DNA of 64,000 bases from Methanobacteriota archaeon (GCA_963787255.1 CAWBCJ010000026.1:32001-96000); one strand, 5' to 3'. Positions 10,492 through 22,598 are shown, counted from the stretch's first letter. The notes: generated from the sequence alone by a model not told the origin. A program made the numbers and translations.

Positions 10492-11556
10492 ATGCAAAGC
10501 ACTACCGATTTTATTAAGCAACACAAAGGAAAAATTATCATTTCTTTTGCAATTAGTTTTTTTATTATATTCCTTGTATCTTTTGTAGTTGGTTTACAGG
10601 ATATTGTAAACGTTTTAAGCAATACAAACATCTATTTAATGTTAATAACAGTAGTTTTAGAGATAATAATACTGTTGGCATGGACACAGAGATGGAAACT
10701 CATTTTAGGGGTTTTGCATAGTTCCATTAGATTTAAACAACTCTTTTTAATGTTGCTTACAAGTCAGTTTGGAAACAATGTTACTCCTGGCGCTGCAGGA
10801 GGGGAGCCACTGCGTGCTTATCTTCTTAATAAGTTTGAAAAAGTGCCATTTGAAACTGGTTTTGCATCTGCAAGTGCAGATAGAGTTTTTGAATTCTTTC
10901 CATTTGTATTGGTGTCCACATTAGCTGCCTATTTAATATTTACTTTGAATATTGGTTTTTGGACCAGTTTTTTGGTTAGTATACTTATAATAATAACTAT
11001 GATTTTTTTTGGACTGATAATATATGTTGGTCTTAAAAAAGAAGTTGCTACAAGGCTTATTCTTTCTGCTGCAAGGCGAATTTATCCTTTTGCAAAAAAG
11101 TTAACTTCTAAGGAAACCTCTTTTAGTGCCATTAGTGAAAAATTAATAAGTTATATTGAAACATTTACCACAGGTTTTCAAGGAGTATTGAGAGATCATA
11201 GAATGTTTATATTAGGACTTTTAATTTCTTTTGGAATGTGGGGACTGGATAGTTTACGTTTTTACCTTACATTTGGAGCAATAGGTTATTATCCTCCTAT
11301 TATACCTATGATAATAATTTATACAATAGGAATTTTGGTTTCTATACTCCCAACACTTCCGGGAGCTTTGGGTATCCGTGAAGGGGTTATGGTTGCTCTT
11401 TTCTTGCCAGTAGGAGTTCCTGCAGATGTTGTTCTTGCTGCATCTCTTTTAGATAGGCTAGTTACTTATATCCTACCTACAATTGTTGGTGCTATAACTA
11501 CAGTTTATTACGGTAGGAGATATAGGGAAAATAAGACGCGTTCTGCTCAGGTATGA
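10492..11556 (+). CDS. UPF0104 / lysylphosphatidylglycerol-synthase TM family (flippase-like) protein
   Basis: NNVTPGAAGGEPLRAYLL, LPGALGIRE and DRLVTY motifs. Multi-TM. Confidence 0.88.
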   Translation: MQSTTDFIKQHKGKIIISFAISFFIIFLVSFVVGLQDIVNVLSNTNIYLMLITVVLEIIILLAWTQRWKLILGVLHSSIRFKQLFLMLLTSQFGNNVTPGAAGGEPLRAYLLNKFEKVPFETGFASASADRVFEFFPFVLVSTLAAYLIFTLNIGFWTSFLVSILIIITMIFFGLIIYVGLKKEVATRLILSAARRIYPFAKKLTSKETSFSAISEKLISYIETFTTGFQGVLRDHRMFILGLLISFGMWGLDSLRFYLTFGAIGYYPPIIPMIIIYTIGILVSILPTLPGALGIREGVMVALFLPVGVPADVVLAASLLDRLVTYILPTIVGAITTVYYGRRYRENKTRSAQV

Positions 11557-11714
11557 TTAGTTTCATATATTTTTTTTATTTTTTTTTGTGAGTGCTTTAA
11601 ATCAATTTAAAAGCTTATATTGTAGTATAATATTTTATATTTAAAAATATCGAAACATTTATATACTACTTTTCATCACTATAATAATATATAAAACTAT
11701 CGGTATGATGATAA

Positions 11715-11990
11715 ATGAAAAAATTAGGAAAAATCTCGCATATCACCAAAAAAGGCAAGATCGTAGTTAGATCTGTTGATACACCTGGTTTTGGACTACC
11801 TGTCTTCAATGAGAATAAAAAAAGGATTGGAAGTACCCAAGACGTCTTTGGACCTACAAAAAATCCATACATTACAGTTAAAGTCTATGCAAAAAATACT
11901 GAAAATCTCGACAAACGAGTTGGAGAGACATTGTTTGTATCATCAAAACCTATAAAAAAATGGGGGCGGAAAAAACGAAAGAAAAAATGA
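11715..11990 (+). CDS. gar1: H/ACA RNP subunit Gar1
   Basis: [10 protein letters not shown]...[19 protein letters not shown]. Conserved position upstream of tfb. Confidence 0.88.
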   Translation: MKKLGKISHITKKGKIVVRSVDTPGFGLPVFNENKKRIGSTQDVFGPTKNPYITVKVYAKNTENLDKRVGETLFVSSKPIKKWGRKKRKKK

Positions 11991-12922
11991 AATACGACGT
12001 TTCAGAAATTGAAAAAGTTGAAACGAAGTGCCCAGAATGCGATTCTGATAAACTCATTAATGACCACGAACGTGGAGAAATTGTTTGTGGTGCATGTGGC
12101 CTGGTTATAGATGATAATTTAGTTGATATGGGGCCAGAATGGAGAGCCTTTGACCATGAGCAAAGGGATAAAAGAACTAGGGTAGGTGCCCCTATAACCT
12201 ATACAATCCACGATAAAGGTTTAAGTACCATGATCGACTGGAGAAATAAGGACATCTACGGTAGAGACATCCCTGCAAGAAACCGTGCCCAATGGTACCG
12301 TTTAAGAAAATGGCAGAGAAAAATAAGGATTTCCGGCGCTACAGAAAGAAACCTTGCATTCGCATTAAGCGAGCTTGATAGGGATTCATCAAGATTAGGT
12401 TTACCAAGAAGCGTAAGAGAAGCAGCATCAGTTGTATACAGAAGTGCTGTTGAAAACAAACTCATCAGAGGAAGAAGTATTGAAGGAGTAGTTGCAGCAT
12501 CACTATATGCAGCGTGCAGAAGATGTAACGTTCCGAGAACTCTTGATGAGATTGCAGAAGTATCCCGTGTAAGTAAAAAAGAAGTTGGAAGAACTTACAG
12601 ATTCTTAACTCGTGAACTTAACATTAAATTACCACCAACATCACCAGTGGACTACGTCCCACGATTTGCAAGTGAATTAAGCTTATCTGGTGAAGTACAA
12701 TCAAAAGCTATCGAAATAATCGAAAAAGCAATGGAAAAAGGCCTTACATCAGGTAGAGGACCTACAGGAGTTGCAGCAGCAGCTTTATACATTGCATCCG
12801 TACTTCTAGGTGAAAGAAAAACCCAAAGAGACGTTGCAGACATTGCGGGCGTAACTGAAGTTACCATCCGTAACAGATACAAAGAGCTCACAGAACAGCT
12901 CGACATGGGCGTAACTTTATAA
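11987..12922 (+). CDS. tfb: Transcription initiation factor IIB
   Basis: Zn ribbon CPEC..CGAC, GPEWRAF, two cyclin repeats, [14 protein letters not shown]. Likely start ATG 11987 overlaps the gar1 stop (ATGA). Confidence 0.98.
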   Translation: MKYDVSEIEKVETKCPECDSDKLINDHERGEIVCGACGLVIDDNLVDMGPEWRAFDHEQRDKRTRVGAPITYTIHDKGLSTMIDWRNKDIYGRDIPARNRAQWYRLRKWQRKIRISGATERNLAFALSELDRDSSRLGLPRSVREAASVVYRSAVENKLIRGRSIEGVVAASLYAACRRCNVPRTLDEIAEVSRVSKKEVGRTYRFLTRELNIKLPPTSPVDYVPRFASELSLSGEVQSKAIEIIEKAMEKGLTSGRGPTGVAAAALYIASVLLGERKTQRDVADIAGVTEVTIRNRYKELTEQLDMGVTL

Positions 12923-13315
12923 GTTACTCTCACCGTCCAACCTTTCCGTGATATTTCAGTTGCTTTTAAGAATGCATGGTTTTTTGATCCGCAAAAACAC
13001 AGCATCCAGGAAGTTGCAGGCAATTACGTTATCATTTATGGGGATGAAACCTGTGCAGTTCTTGCACATATGAAAAAAGGTTCCATAAAAGTTAAAAAGG
13101 GTGATGATATTAATTCTGGAGATTTAGTTGGTAATATTGGCCATTCTGGTAATTCCACAGCACCACATCTTCATTTTCACCTTATGGACAGTCCTGATCC
13201 CATTACTGCTAAAGGTATTCCCTGTTGTTTTAAAGAATATGAATTATATCTTAATGGCAACTGGATTAAAATAAATAATGGAATACCCAAAAATAAGGAT
13301 AGAATTCGCTTTTAA
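12923..13315 (+). pseudogene. 5'-truncated M23-family metallopeptidase
   Basis: Open frame from immediately after the tfb stop: ...AGNYVII...LAHMKKGSIKVKKGD...GNIGHSGNSTAPHLHFHLMD. The HxH motif is present but the N-terminal Zn-ligand part is missing. Confidence 0.8.
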
Positions 13316-13414
13316 ACTTTTATATACCATATCCAAAAAAAAAGAAGATCCTAAAGAGTGTGAATAAAAAAAAATATCCTTTGAATAATCTTTTATGAGG
13401 GGGGATGCTTATAA

Positions 13415-13993
13415 ATGAATAAGACAGAAATTTATTATTTTTCAGGTACAGGGAATTCTCTTGTTGTTGCAAGAGATATTGCAGAAAAAATGGAAGGAAA
13501 TTTAATATCCATACCCTCTATGATGGATAAAGAAAGAATAAAAACTGATGCAGATATAATTGGAATTGTATTTCCTGTTTATTATCTAGGAACTGTCAAT
13601 ATTCCCCTTGTTGTCCAGCGATTTGTCATGAAACTGGATGAAATAAGTACAAAATACATTTTTGCAGTATGTACATATGGCGGAGGATCTGGCCCCACAC
13701 TAAAAATGCTGGATGAAATGATCAAAGCACGTGGTGGCCGAATTTCATCGGGATTCGGCGTTCACATGCCTCAAAACGCTTTTAGGAAGCCATTTGAGAA
13801 TAAAACAAAGCTTTACAATAACTGGAAAGAGAAAAAGCTTGACTTTATTTATGAACATGTAAATGAGAAAAATGAAGGCTGGTTTGATACCGATGGCCTA
13901 TTTATTAGATCATTTTTGAACATTTTGCATATAATGATGAATTTTTTTTTATTCCCCTTATTATATAACCATTACATAAAAATCTGTTTTTAA
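13415..13993 (+). pseudogene. EFR1-type flavodoxin-ferredoxin protein, C-terminally truncated
   Basis: IYYFSGTGNSL, GIVFPVY, GVHMPQN flavodoxin-like domain. The expected C-terminal 4Fe-4S Cys motifs are absent and the ORF runs into AT-rich sequence. Confidence 0.7.
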
Positions 13994-14259
13994 AACAAAT
14001 TTTTCTATAGTATTAGTTCCTATAGGAATTAATTTATCCAAATTTTTACTTCTAATATAAAGAATTTGATAATATGTAAAACAGTCACTCCATGGGCAAT
14101 TACACTAAATATTATACTGTGATAAAAGATTGCCAGAAGAAAGAAACAATTAGAAATCTTATTTGAAAAGTTAAAAAACATTGAAAAAAACAGATGAAAT
14201 AAAATCTGAAAATGGAAGATAATAAAAAAATAATAGTTGAAAAAGAAAAATAAGTTATT

Positions 14260-14460
14260 TTAAAATATTCTTCCTCTAAAAACAAACAATAAATACACTA
14301 TAATTAAAACAGCGAATGCAACGTACAGTATTTTTCTTGTACGCATTACTTTTCTCTGATTTTCTGCAATAATTTGTTCACATTTAGGAGAACAAAATCT
14401 TTCATCCATAGGAATAGGAGTTCCACATGTTGGACAGTGTTTATGTGGTTCAGTCATCAT
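14260..14460 (-). CDS. DUF2116 Zn-ribbon membrane-anchored protein
   Basis: [20 protein letters not shown] plus a C-terminal TM helix. Confidence 0.9.
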   Translation of the reverse strand: MMTEPHKHCPTCGTPIPMDERFCSPKCEQIIAENQRKVMRTRKILYVAFAVLIIVYLLFVFRGRIF

Positions 14461-14636
14461 TTACACCTCAGTTAATTTTGATATATTATAAAAAGCTTAA
14501 AAATAGCCAATAATAAAATTATTTATATTTAAAAAAACTATTCTAAACATTATAAAAATCATTTTTCTATTTCATCTTCTATATTTATAAAGACTACTAT
14601 AAAAAAATAAAAAATCATCCTAATAAACTAGAATAT

Positions 14637-15311
14637 TCAATCAGGGATAATTGTAGTTCCTATTTCAGTATTTACAGCTTTTAAAATATTTTCAGGATTT
14701 TCACCATTAACAATTCTTGTTTTTATACTGGAACGCTTGATAATTTGAATCGCAGTCATATCAAAGAACTCATAAGTGCCTGCCTTAATCTCTTTACGGC
14801 TTAAAATGGACATCATTTCGGTTGGAGTAATTTTTTCATACATTTTAGCATCATCATACTTGTTAGGATCTTTATCGTATAATCCATCCACAGATGTGGC
14901 ATTTATCAAAAGATCAGCACATACAAACTCGGCAAGAATACTTCCAACAGCATCCGTACTGTGTGCCGGCTCTGTACCACCCATAACTACAATTTTACCT
15001 GATACCGCAAATTCCATCGCCTCATGAAAGTTATTTGCAACACGAGGATAGGCAGCATCACCTAAAGCCATAATCAAGAGTTTAGCGTTCAACCTTGTTA
15101 CTTCAATCCCTATATCATCACAAGCTGCTTCTGAAGTGCCCAGACCTCTGGCAATCCCTATATATTCTCTGGCAGGTTTCCCACCTCCAACTACAACAAA
15201 AATTTCATTTTCATTTTTCATTTCCAATAAAACGTCAGCATAATCTTTAAATTTTTTATGATCTCCATCTTTAATTAGTATAGATCCACCTACTGTAACT
15301 ACAATTTTCAT
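14637..15311 (-). CDS. pyrH: Uridylate kinase
   Basis: [29 protein letters not shown] and VDGLYDKDP. Confidence 0.96.
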   Translation of the reverse strand: MKIVVTVGGSILIKDGDHKKFKDYADVLLEMKNENEIFVVVGGGKPAREYIGIARGLGTSEAACDDIGIEVTRLNAKLLIMALGDAAYPRVANNFHEAMEFAVSGKIVVMGGTEPAHSTDAVGSILAEFVCADLLINATSVDGLYDKDPNKYDDAKMYEKITPTEMMSILSRKEIKAGTYEFFDMTAIQIIKRSSIKTRIVNGENPENILKAVNTEIGTTIIPD

Positions 15312-15576
15312 TTTATCACCGATGCTATAGATAAATAGAATTCAAGGAATATAAATATAATTAACATTTAGAACCATTATTTAGTTTATTTCTTTTACTT
15401 TCATTTCAATTCATATAATAGATAAATATAATTTCTTGAATATATTAATATAAAAGCATGAATTAATTTAATCTAATTATTATATTAGAGATATAATATA
15501 AAAATAAATAACATATGTGTTCATCTTTTAAATTAACCAATTTAATTTATTGATTAAATATTTCTATTATTAAGGA

Positions 15577-16815
15577 GTGATTTTTTTGGCTGAAGTATCA
15601 TCAAAAGAGTTATACGAGTTTAAAAGAACTATTGAAGAACTCGCAGATAAAAAGGGTAGGGGAACAGAACTCGTATCCGTTTATATCCCGCCAGATAAGC
15701 AGGTGAGTGATGTTGTAAAACACATGCGGGAAGAATTAAGTCAAAGTGCAAATATTAAGAGTAAATCAACAAAAAAGAATGTTCAATCTGCTATTGAAGT
15801 AATCGTGCAGAGATTGAGACTTTTTCCTAAACCTCCAGAACATGGACTCCTTCTTTTTGTGGGAATGATTCCTAAAGGAGGTCCGGGGACGGAAAAAATG
15901 GAAACTTACGTTTTTGAGCCTCCAGAACCCATACAAACATATACTTATCACTGTAATTCAGAATTTTTCCTGAAACCTCTTCAGGAGATGCTTAATGTAA
16001 AGGAAACATACGGACTGGCAGTTTTAGATAGAAAAGAAGCTACCATTGCAACTTTACGCGGAAAACGTATAGATATCATAAAAACACTTACTAGTGGTGT
16101 TCCAGGTAAGCATAAGGCTGGTGGGCAATCACAGCGAAGGTTTGATCGTTTAATTGAGCTTGCAGCTCATGAATTCCTTAAAAGAATTGGAGATCACATG
16201 AACGATGCTTTTTTACCAATAGAGGATTTAGAAGGCATAATATTAGGGGGTCCGGGACATACAAAAGAAGATTTCCTTAAAGGAGATTATTTACACTACG
16301 AACTTAAAAATAAGGTTATTACTACCGTAGATACCTCATATACTGGTGAATTTGGAATAAGGGAAGTTATCGATAAGTCTATGGATGTTTTAACTGAAAT
16401 AGACATAATGAGGGAAAAAAAGCTTGTTCAAAGATTTTTAAGGGAATTAATAAGCGAAGATGGACTTGCCTCATATGGTGAAGCTGATGTAAGGAAAAAT
16501 CTTGAAATGGGTGCAGTAGAAGTACTTCTTTTATCTGAAGACCTTAAATCAAGAAGAGAAATGTATGAATGTCCTTCATGTGGATTTGTTCAAAATGAAA
16601 CAATTAAAGATGTGGATGAATCTGAGGAACAACAGTGTCCGCAGTGCGGTGAGAAAATGAAGGAAGAAAGGGCTAAGGATGTTATCGACGATTTTGTGGA
16701 AATGGCCGAGGAAGTAGGCTCTGAAGTTGAGCTAGTATCAACAGAAACTGAAGAAGGAATGCAGCTTTTCAGGGCATTTGGTGGAATTGCAGCTATATTG
16801 AGATATAGAGTTTAA
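15577..16815 (+). CDS. prf1: Peptide chain release factor aRF1
   Basis: [14 protein letters not shown] and GGQSQRRF motifs. Confidence 0.98.
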   Translation: MIFLAEVSSKELYEFKRTIEELADKKGRGTELVSVYIPPDKQVSDVVKHMREELSQSANIKSKSTKKNVQSAIEVIVQRLRLFPKPPEHGLLLFVGMIPKGGPGTEKMETYVFEPPEPIQTYTYHCNSEFFLKPLQEMLNVKETYGLAVLDRKEATIATLRGKRIDIIKTLTSGVPGKHKAGGQSQRRFDRLIELAAHEFLKRIGDHMNDAFLPIEDLEGIILGGPGHTKEDFLKGDYLHYELKNKVITTVDTSYTGEFGIREVIDKSMDVLTEIDIMREKKLVQRFLRELISEDGLASYGEADVRKNLEMGAVEVLLLSEDLKSRREMYECPSCGFVQNETIKDVDESEEQQCPQCGEKMKEERAKDVIDDFVEMAEEVGSEVELVSTETEEGMQLFRAFGGIAAILRYRV

Positions 16816-16868
16816 AAGTATACCCCCCATTTATTTAAAAGAAAAAATGTAAATATAGTAAAATATGT

Positions 16869-17480
16869 CTATCCTAGTCTACTTACACGAATCAATGATT
16901 CTACGGGAACGTTTCCAATTTCAGAGATTCCTTTTTTGTCAATAAGGACAACTACACCTAATGGATCTGCTCCTAGGCTGTTTAAAACATCAATTGCTTC
17001 GTTGATTGTTCTTCCGCTTGTTATAACGTCATCAACAATTACAACCTTTTTTCCATCTACCGACGCGAAATTACTGCTTATAACTCCTTTTGCATCTTCT
17101 TCTTTTCTGTGCTTTATTGGGTGAAATACCGTCATGTCCGCGCCAATTATTTCTGCCATCATGGTTGCAAACGGCACTCCGCTAACAGTTATACCAACTA
17201 CAACTTCAACATCGCCATATTCAAGGGCTAAATTTGCCATTGCTGCAGATACATACATCATTCTTGCTGAGCTACTGCCAAGGTTCTTCCAATCTATTGC
17301 AAAATCAATAGGGGCTTTTTGCGCCTCAGTTTCTATTTTTTTACCACTCATTTGCAAAACAAGCCATCTTGCAGTATCTTTAGACACATTAAGTTCGTCT
17401 GCTATTTCGCCGGTGGTAAAACCTCTGCTTCTTAATTCATAAGCCTTTTTTATAAGCTCTTCGTTCATAAAAACACACAT
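16869..17480 (-). CDS. PyrE-like protein with N-terminal HTH (GfcR-like regulator family)
   Basis: N-terminal HTH ([21 protein letters not shown]) plus PRT motif [11 protein letters not shown]. Confidence 0.85.
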   Translation of the reverse strand: MCVFMNEELIKKAYELRSRGFTTGEIADELNVSKDTARWLVLQMSGKKIETEAQKAPIDFAIDWKNLGSSSARMMYVSAAMANLALEYGDVEVVVGITVSGVPFATMMAEIIGADMTVFHPIKHRKEEDAKGVISSNFASVDGKKVVIVDDVITSGRTINEAIDVLNSLGADPLGVVVLIDKKGISEIGNVPVESLIRVSRLG

Positions 17481-17535
17481 CCAAATTATTGAAGACTACA
17501 TAATGATTTCTTTTTTTACATCCAACCATTTCTTT

Positions 17536-18486
17536 TTAATCGTTTATATCTACAGGGGAATTATCTTTTGCCGATTTCATAGCTGCAGTTACAACTTTAA
17601 GAGCATGTATCCCATCTTCACCAGTTATCTTAGGATCTTCATCATTTTTAACTGCAGATAAGAAAGAACTTAGTTCTTCTCTTAAAGGCTCCTTGTAAGG
17701 TACATCAACATTTTGTGTTGATTTACCGTATACATTCACGCTCTGATCAATGTAATCAATGGCTATTATCCCGTCAACACCTGTAATCTCAAGTTTCCTT
17801 TTTTTGTAGGGTGTAAGCCAATTAACTTCAAGCATACCTATGATACCATTTTTAAATTTGCTCATTATCTCTGCATGATCTTCATATTCGCATTTTTCCA
17901 GCCTACTTCCCATATTTGCATATATTCTAGATACCGGACTTTCAAAGAGATAAAACATAATGTCAACTTCATGTATTGCCAAATCTATGGCCACTCCAAC
18001 ATCCTTTATTCTTGGCGGGAAAGGCCCTACTCTTTTAGCTGATGCAGAAACAACTTCACCAATAACGTTACTTTTTATAAGTTCCTTTGATTTTTCCACT
18101 GCCGGATTAAACCTTTCAACATGACCTGTTGCCAGTTTAACCCCTTCGTCCTTGGCAGCTTTCACCATTGTTTTTGCTTCTCTTAAGGTAAATGCTATAG
18201 GTTTTTCTACCAGCACATGTTTTCCATGTTCTATTGCATCCATAACAACATTGAAATGGTGAGTTGTAGGAACACATACACTTACGGCATCTATTTCAGG
18301 CATTTCAAGGATTTCATTGTAATCCATAAATCCTTTAGTGTTATATTCTTTTGAAACTTCTTCTGATTTCTCCTTTAATAAATCAGATATTGCCATAAGA
18401 TTAGCATTCTCAAGTTTGGAATAAACTCTAGCATGGTTGTGGCCCATTGCCCCCACACCAATTACTCCTACATTTACCTTGTTCAC
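17536..18486 (-). CDS. Gfo/Idh/MocA oxidoreductase (nucleotide-sugar dehydrogenase-like)
   Basis: GVGAMG, HVLVEKP, GHVERFNPA and DLAIHEVD. Confidence 0.88.
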   Translation of the reverse strand: MNKVNVGVIGVGAMGHNHARVYSKLENANLMAISDLLKEKSEEVSKEYNTKGFMDYNEILEMPEIDAVSVCVPTTHHFNVVMDAIEHGKHVLVEKPIAFTLREAKTMVKAAKDEGVKLATGHVERFNPAVEKSKELIKSNVIGEVVSASAKRVGPFPPRIKDVGVAIDLAIHEVDIMFYLFESPVSRIYANMGSRLEKCEYEDHAEIMSKFKNGIIGMLEVNWLTPYKKRKLEITGVDGIIAIDYIDQSVNVYGKSTQNVDVPYKEPLREELSSFLSAVKNDEDPKITGEDGIHALKVVTAAMKSAKDNSPVDIND

Positions 18487-19352
18487 AAATAATCCTCCAT
18501 GATTTTTGCAGCTTCCCTGCCTATTTTTTCTGCATCGTTTATTGAACCGTTAACTTCAGCTTTGGAAAGCACTTCTCCGTTTTTGTCAAGTAAAATACTG
18601 TAAAGTTTTAATTCATTGTTTCTTGCCCTTGCAGAAACACCTAAAGGCCATTGACACCCGACACCAAGTTCTGCAAGCACTGTTTTTTCGGCAATTACTT
18701 CTTTTGATGATTGAAAGTGATTTAATTTCTCTAAATCAACTCTTGCTTTACTATCGCCTCTTGCAACCACTGCCAGTGCACCTTGCCCTGCAGCAGGAGT
18801 AAAGTATTCAACAGGAAAAACTTGTTTAATAAACTTTGTAAGACCGAGCCTTTTTATACCTGCTTCTGCCATTATAGTAGCTTCATATTCTCTGTCGGTT
18901 ACTTTTTTTATCCTTGTATCTATATTTCCTCTTATTGGTTTTATATTTAAGTTTTTTTTGTGATAATTACAGAATGCTTCTCTTCTGAGACTGCTTGTTC
19001 CCATTGATGCTCCTTCAGGAAGTTCTTCCCAGCTGTAGGATGATACGAGCACTTCGTTTGGGGATTCTCTTTCGGGAACAGCTACTATCTCTAAATCTCC
19101 TGCAAGCTCAGTTGGAAGGTCTTTTAGGCTGTGAACCGCAAAATCAACATCTTCATCTAAAACTGCTTTATCCAGCTCTTTTGTAAATATGCCTTTAACA
19201 TCTATGGTGTAAAGCTGTGAATCGGTGATTTTGTCTCCTGTAGTTTTTATTACTTCCAGATCAATTTCTTTATTTATTATTTTTGATAACTGATTGATTA
19301 TATTTTTTGTTTGGGTCATTGCTAAGTTGCTTCCTCTGGTGCCCACTTTCAA
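18483..19352 (-). CDS. hemC: Porphobilinogen deaminase
   Basis: GTRGSNLA, AVHSLKDLP, GTSSLRR, IRGNIDTR and GCQWP. Confidence 0.96.
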   Translation of the reverse strand: MKVGTRGSNLAMTQTKNIINQLSKIINKEIDLEVIKTTGDKITDSQLYTIDVKGIFTKELDKAVLDEDVDFAVHSLKDLPTELAGDLEIVAVPERESPNEVLVSSYSWEELPEGASMGTSSLRREAFCNYHKKNLNIKPIRGNIDTRIKKVTDREYEATIMAEAGIKRLGLTKFIKQVFPVEYFTPAAGQGALAVVARGDSKARVDLEKLNHFQSSKEVIAEKTVLAELGVGCQWPLGVSARARNNELKLYSILLDKNGEVLSKAEVNGSINDAEKIGREAAKIMEDYL

Positions 19353-19475
19353 ATAATCCTCTCCACAATAATGTTAAATGTAATTATAAATTTCAAATAT
19401 AAAATCTCACTTTTAAGCTGCTGAATGGTTCTATAAATCAATTTATAAAAGATTTTTTTTTTATTCAAAGAACTT

Positions 19476-20843
19476 TTATCTTTTTGAAATATCTGAAAAA
19501 TTGGATCTATAAATTAAAAGAATCATATTAGAATTCATTCTTACGGCTTCTTCAATAGCATTATTAAAATCAGTATATTTAAATTTTCGTTTTATCTGAG
19601 TACTGATATTTTTTCCAAGTTCGTCAACTAATAAAAGTTTTATTTTTTCATCCATTTTGTTAAAAAATTCTGCTGCAGCCTCTTCATCTATTTCTTCACA
19701 TGTTACCCCGTATTTACCTCCGAAAATTACTGCCGGAGATTCATAGTCTTCAATCATCTGTACCGATTTTTTAATGGCTGTAACATTAATTCCAGGGTTT
19801 ATTTCTTCTATAATTTGTGCATCTCCATAATCTCTAACGGAAGTACGCCCATCAACACCTTTAAAACTTTTTATTCCTTCTATAATTTGATTTATTGGAG
19901 TATTAAGCGATAATGATGTGCATATAGCACAAAGGGCATTCATCAAGTGATGTTCTGCAGGAGCAAATGTTTCAATCTCAAATGAAGTATTCAAAACTTC
20001 CCCGCTTTTGGTTTGGAGATCATTTATATTAATTTTAGAAGTAGTTTTATCCAGGCTGTAATTGATGTTAGATGCACTAACTGTTGCATTAGAGTTAATA
20101 CCAAAAGTGTTTACATTTGCATTAATATTAAAATAATAACGGTTAAATGAATCAAAATCACATACAATCAGGCGGCTTTTAAATATCTGTGATTTAGCAT
20201 GACTTGCAGTCTTTTTACCAGATGCTATGGGGTAATTTTCGGCAATATTAGTAATCACACCAACATCAGCAAGCCCTGTTCCTCCAAGAGACATTTCAAA
20301 TAGACATATTCCTATATTGTAGTCTTTTGCTAACTCCCACGCTTTCAAAATACTTGCAGGAGTTATACTTATATTCCGCTTTAAAATAGTGTTTTCACCA
20401 TTTTCTATAATTTCTATACCTAAACTGCTTAAAATAAGAGGATTTAAATCTTTAAAAATTTCTTTAAGCATCCATACAACGCTTGTTTTTCCTTTAACTC
20501 CAGTAACTTCAATTACAGGAACATTAATTCTATTTTCCAATAGTAGTTTTATTGCCTCATGATGAGTCATATCAACCTTGGATTGGATATTGCAATGTAT
20601 TGGAGCTACCACTAAAAATTCGTCCTTTAAATCACTTTTAATATTATAGTCATTTATTATTTCTAAAAATTCTTCCCCAACAAATTCAATGCCCTTTTTA
20701 ACAAGAAGCGCTTTTTTTTTATCAGATAAAGTTTTATATATATCCAATGCAAAAACGTTGTAATTATCCATTTTTGAAAATTCAGAAGCAATTAATGCTC
20801 CTCCGTGGGTCATGTCGATAATAAGAACGTTCATATAGTGCAC
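19476..20843 (-). CDS. cfbE: Coenzyme F430 synthase (Mur-ligase-like)
   Basis: IDMTHGG N-terminus, EVTGVKGKTS, SITPAS, FEMSLGGTG, ENYPIA and VTCEE. Adjacent to hemC. Confidence 0.9.
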   Translation of the reverse strand: MHYMNVLIIDMTHGGALIASEFSKMDNYNVFALDIYKTLSDKKKALLVKKGIEFVGEEFLEIINDYNIKSDLKDEFLVVAPIHCNIQSKVDMTHHEAIKLLLENRINVPVIEVTGVKGKTSVVWMLKEIFKDLNPLILSSLGIEIIENGENTILKRNISITPASILKAWELAKDYNIGICLFEMSLGGTGLADVGVITNIAENYPIASGKKTASHAKSQIFKSRLIVCDFDSFNRYYFNINANVNTFGINSNATVSASNINYSLDKTTSKININDLQTKSGEVLNTSFEIETFAPAEHHLMNALCAICTSLSLNTPINQIIEGIKSFKGVDGRTSVRDYGDAQIIEEINPGINVTAIKKSVQMIEDYESPAVIFGGKYGVTCEEIDEEAAAEFFNKMDEKIKLLLVDELGKNISTQIKRKFKYTDFNNAIEEAVRMNSNMILLIYRSNFSDISKR

Positions 20844-20904
20844 TGGCTCCTTTTATAGCAGTATTATGATAATTGAAAAAAATATGGATTCTATTTAAAA
20901 TTTT

Positions 20905-21759
20905 TTAAACATTATAATTAACTGAATCTATTCCGCCTTTCATGAGCTTTTCCCTTACTTTTTTATAGAATTCTTTAGTTAATCTCACAAAATAAGCATT
21001 TTCCGTTGATTTTTGGAATACCACTTCTTCCATATAATTTATCTCTTCCTCATATTGTCCATCAATAACGGCGATAGCTTTTTTACCTTCCCTTAATAAT
21101 TTAACCCTGATTAAACTTTCTCCTGAAACCACTGTAGGGCGCGATCCAAGCTTAAATGGACAAATAGGAACTATTATGAATGCATCTACTCGAGGATCCA
21201 CTATTGGACCGCCTGCAGACATGGAATAAGCAGTTGAACCACTTGGAGTTGCAACAATAAGTCCATCTGCCCTTAATTCTTCCACTATCTCGTCATCTAC
21301 CCTAATTTCAATATGAAGCATTTTTGCAGGCTTCCGGGTCATTAAAACTACTTCATTTAATGCCGGAGCTAAATCTTTGTTGTGCCATACTTCCAGACGT
21401 GTACGTTCTTCAACAAAGTAATTACCCGCTAATACTTCTTTTAATGCATGAAAAGTTTCTTCAGGACCAATTTCTGTTAGGAAACCTACAGTTCCCATGT
21501 TTATTCCAAATAGTGGTATTTTTTTGCCAACAATAAGGCTTTGGGTCCTTAGGATTGTCCCATCACCACCAATGGCAATTATTATATCTGCTTCCATTTT
21601 AGAAAGTTCAGTGGATAAATCATGATATTTACTAAGCCCCTTCACAATAAGAGGATCTAAAAGCACCTCTATATTCTCCTTAATTAAAAAATCAGCAATT
21701 TCACCAGCAAGTTCTACACCCCGGTGGATATCATGGCGTGTTACAATACCTATCCGCAT
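20905..21759 (-). CDS. nadK: NAD kinase
   Basis: GGDGTIL, LNE and DGLIVATPSGSTAYSMSAGGP. Confidence 0.95.
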   Translation of the reverse strand: MRIGIVTRHDIHRGVELAGEIADFLIKENIEVLLDPLIVKGLSKYHDLSTELSKMEADIIIAIGGDGTILRTQSLIVGKKIPLFGINMGTVGFLTEIGPEETFHALKEVLAGNYFVEERTRLEVWHNKDLAPALNEVVLMTRKPAKMLHIEIRVDDEIVEELRADGLIVATPSGSTAYSMSAGGPIVDPRVDAFIIVPICPFKLGSRPTVVSGESLIRVKLLREGKKAIAVIDGQYEEEINYMEEVVFQKSTENAYFVRLTKEFYKKVREKLMKGGIDSVNYNV

Positions 21760-22598
21760 TAAAAACCCCCTATAACTCTAATAATATCATTATGAATCTT
21801 TAAATTACAAGCTGAAATTACAGATGTCCGTTCTTTAACATTTAATTTGTTATTAAGCGTTTTCCCATTTTCGTCTGTTATTATGCCGCCTGACTCTTCA
21901 ATTATAAGTTTTGCTGCAGCTATATCTACAATTCTTAAATTTCCCCTAATATCTAAAAATGCATCGTATGTTCCATCCCCAACATAACATAATTCAATGG
22001 CCACAGAACCTAAAAGCCGTATTCTTCTTACAATATTGCTTAGTTTATTTATTTTGTTCATTTTAGCCCCGCGGATATATACTCCAATTGATGAATGTTC
22101 TAAATTTTCCTGGGAAGATGTAGTTAACTTTTCATCATTTAAGTATGCCCCATTATCTTTAAAAGCTTCGTAAAGGTCTCCGTTTGCAAGATTTTTAACA
22201 AAGCCCATTTCAATATCCTGCAGTGTCAGTTCATTTAAAGATTTAGTAGAAGCATCCACTATGGCAATAGAAATACCATAAGCTGGAATGCTTTTTAGAG
22301 CATTAACAGTTCCATCAAGGGGATCAACTACAAAAACAACTTCGGAAGGCTTATCTCCTATTTTGAACTCACCTATCTCTTCACTAACTAGCGTAACAGG
22401 CCTTCCCGTGCTTTTTAGAACTTCTATCACTTTCTCTTCGGCTACTTCATCAATTAACTTTGTTGGAGTGCCATCAGCACCCATTTTAACAGTTTTACCT
22501 GCCTTTTCCCTTCCAACAAGTGGAAAAACAGCTTCTTCAACTTCATAAATTATTTGATGAGATATCTCCTTCCAAAACTTAATTTCAACTTCTTTCAT
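21759..22598 (-). CDS. Inositol monophosphatase/FBPase family (NADP phosphatase-like)
   Basis: GADGTPTKLID, SEE, VDPLDGT and RIVDIAA. TAATG overlap with the NAD kinase gene. Confidence 0.92.
   Translation of the reverse strand: MKEVEIKFWKEISHQIIYEVEEAVFPLVGREKAGKTVKMGADGTPTKLIDEVAEEKVIEVLKSTGRPVTLVSEEIGEFKIGDKPSEVVFVVDPLDGTVNALKSIPAYGISIAIVDASTKSLNELTLQDIEMGFVKNLANGDLYEAFKDNGAYLNDEKLTTSSQENLEHSSIGVYIRGAKMNKINKLSNIVRRIRLLGSVAIELCYVGDGTYDAFLDIRGNLRIVDIAAAKLIIEESGGIITDENGKTLNNKLNVKERTSVISACNLKIHNDIIRVIGGF

Noticed and set aside
20905-22598. Possible frameshifted bifunctional NADP phosphatase/NAD kinase fusion
   Set aside because: The junction is a clean TAATG stop/start overlap with an upstream GGGGG RBS-like tract, which is typical translational coupling of two genes.
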